Assembly (NCBI GenBank): GCA_977017575.1
Contig: CDRNVI010000019.1
Span: 248,001-312,000, forward strand
Reading direction: 5' to 3'
Length of the DNA stretch: 64,000 bases
Origin: Paramoeba atlantica
Lineage: Eukaryota; Protista; Discosea
Under the pieces are notes generated by a model, which saw nothing but the letters and a program-made list of their open reading frames with translations, was not told the DNA's origin and did no database searches. The translations under genes were made by a program, and so were the position numbers. Below, piece after piece: positions 62,831 to 64,000 of this stretch (the first letter of the stretch is position 1; each line of letters begins with the position of its first letter).

Positions 62831-63747
62831 CCGTTAGTACCCCCTGACTTTGCACATTTTTCTGTTTTAGAAAATTTCTTGATGTGCAAAGTCACGGGGG
62901 TATCAAAATTTCGAAAAAAGCTGAAAACTTAATTTTTTTTTGTAAAGGACATGTAAAAATTTAACCAGTCGTACAAATGTAAATTGCATTGTTTACTTTC
63001 TGTCATTTTCAACAATGCTATGAATGTCTACAATAGTATGGAAGCGTATGCACCGATCGAAACTTCTACTATTTTAAATCAACTGAAAGATTGTCTAAGC
63101 CGAGTTAACTTTGTTGGTACTGGATACAGCATTGCCCACATTGATTGTCCACAACAACGAATTGGTGATAATGGGTCTGCACTTCATGTCGTCAACAACA
63201 TGTATCGTACGCTTTTTAAGCGTACCAGTGATATTATTTCTCGTAAGGATGTATCAGAAACTTGGACGCCACTGTTATAATAATTGATACATGTTGAATG
63301 TTTAATTTTTGTAATATTGTTTAATTCTGTAATACTTATTTCGATTAGCCTTCGATTTTTTTGTTTGTTAATATTCGTACGTCCAGAGCTGTGTCTTGTA
63401 GTTCTTCTTTGTATCTGAGATATTTTCCACTGTTTTTTTTCTCAGTGTAGAACAATAACAGATTTTTTTTGAGTCCACAGCAACGGTTTACATCATTATT
63501 GCGCATTATGTATTTGTATTTATTCGTATACACGTTCCGTAGGCTCTTTTCGTATTTTCTTTCCTGCTACATCAATGACCCACGAAGAATATGCGAGGAA
63601 ACATTTATGCGCGGAAGATCTCACCCCTTTTCACCCCTTCTTTTTTACCCCCTCAACCCACCTTCATGACTTTGCACACCCCCTGACTTTGCACAAAAAC
63701 CTGATTTTTCGCTGTTTTCGTCGTGCAAAGTCAGGGGGTACTAACGG
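62831..63747. mobile_element. TIR element family D (917 bp, TA TSD)
   Basis: Perfect 25-bp TIR CCGTTAGTACCCCCTGACTTTGCAC at 62831-62855 and 63723-63747, flanked by TA on both sides. Internal copies of the core lie at 62884-62902 and 63667-63694. Confidence 0.92.
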
Positions 63748-64000
63748 TACGTCCATGTACTTCCAGATGCTGCCAGAGAATGGCAGCAACCGCCAGATAC
63801 CGCCAGGTACTGCGGCGTCCAGGTACTGACTGGAAAATTTGTATCCAGGACTATTCATCTGGAACCTATTACCGTATACCTCCCCCCAGTAAGAGAATGG
63901 GTTTTGGGTCGAAATGGCCAAATCTCTCTTACTGGGGGGGTATGCTTTTTTGGCCAGTTTCCTCTTTTCTCCCAACTTTTTTGACTATTTTTTCTTCTGA

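Noticed and set aside
63750-63975. Protein-like minus-strand frame interrupted by element D
   Set aside because: Removing the element gives only a short continuation before a stop, and no family is recognisable.

Overview
Eukaryotic genomic DNA, most likely from a kinetoplastid. A Perkinsela-like/prokinetoplastid origin is inferred from gene organisation and protein motifs, not from a database search. Positions 1-39.5 kb are a compact, intron-less cluster of about 23 genes, all on the minus strand, as in a polycistronic unit. They include XPD, CCT6, NAP1, CBF5, SF3B2, SKIP/Prp45, DTD, MUS81, a DCAF1-like protein, a LOG protein, a Schlafen-like protein, a degenerate kinesin and a trypanosomatid-type nuclear ATP synthase subunit 8. 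Positions 39.6-61.6 kb are a nested transposon island. It holds a decayed bacterial-type IS30 transposase, an LRR gene, a 5-kb RLE-type non-LTR retrotransposon, a Tc1 remnant and several TIR/MITE families. It also holds a Merlin/IS1595 transposase split by a MITE and a near-perfect 3 x 2027-bp tandem triplication. The retrotransposon has three Cys/His finger motifs and a spliced-leader-like sequence 27 nt upstream of its ATG. A minus-strand methyltransferase-like gene and another TIR element end the window. The strongest leads are the SL-tagged retroelement, the two-lobed Schlafen protein, the IS30 remnant and abrupt GC-rich islands inside coding sequences. All family assignments come from motif recognition by eye.
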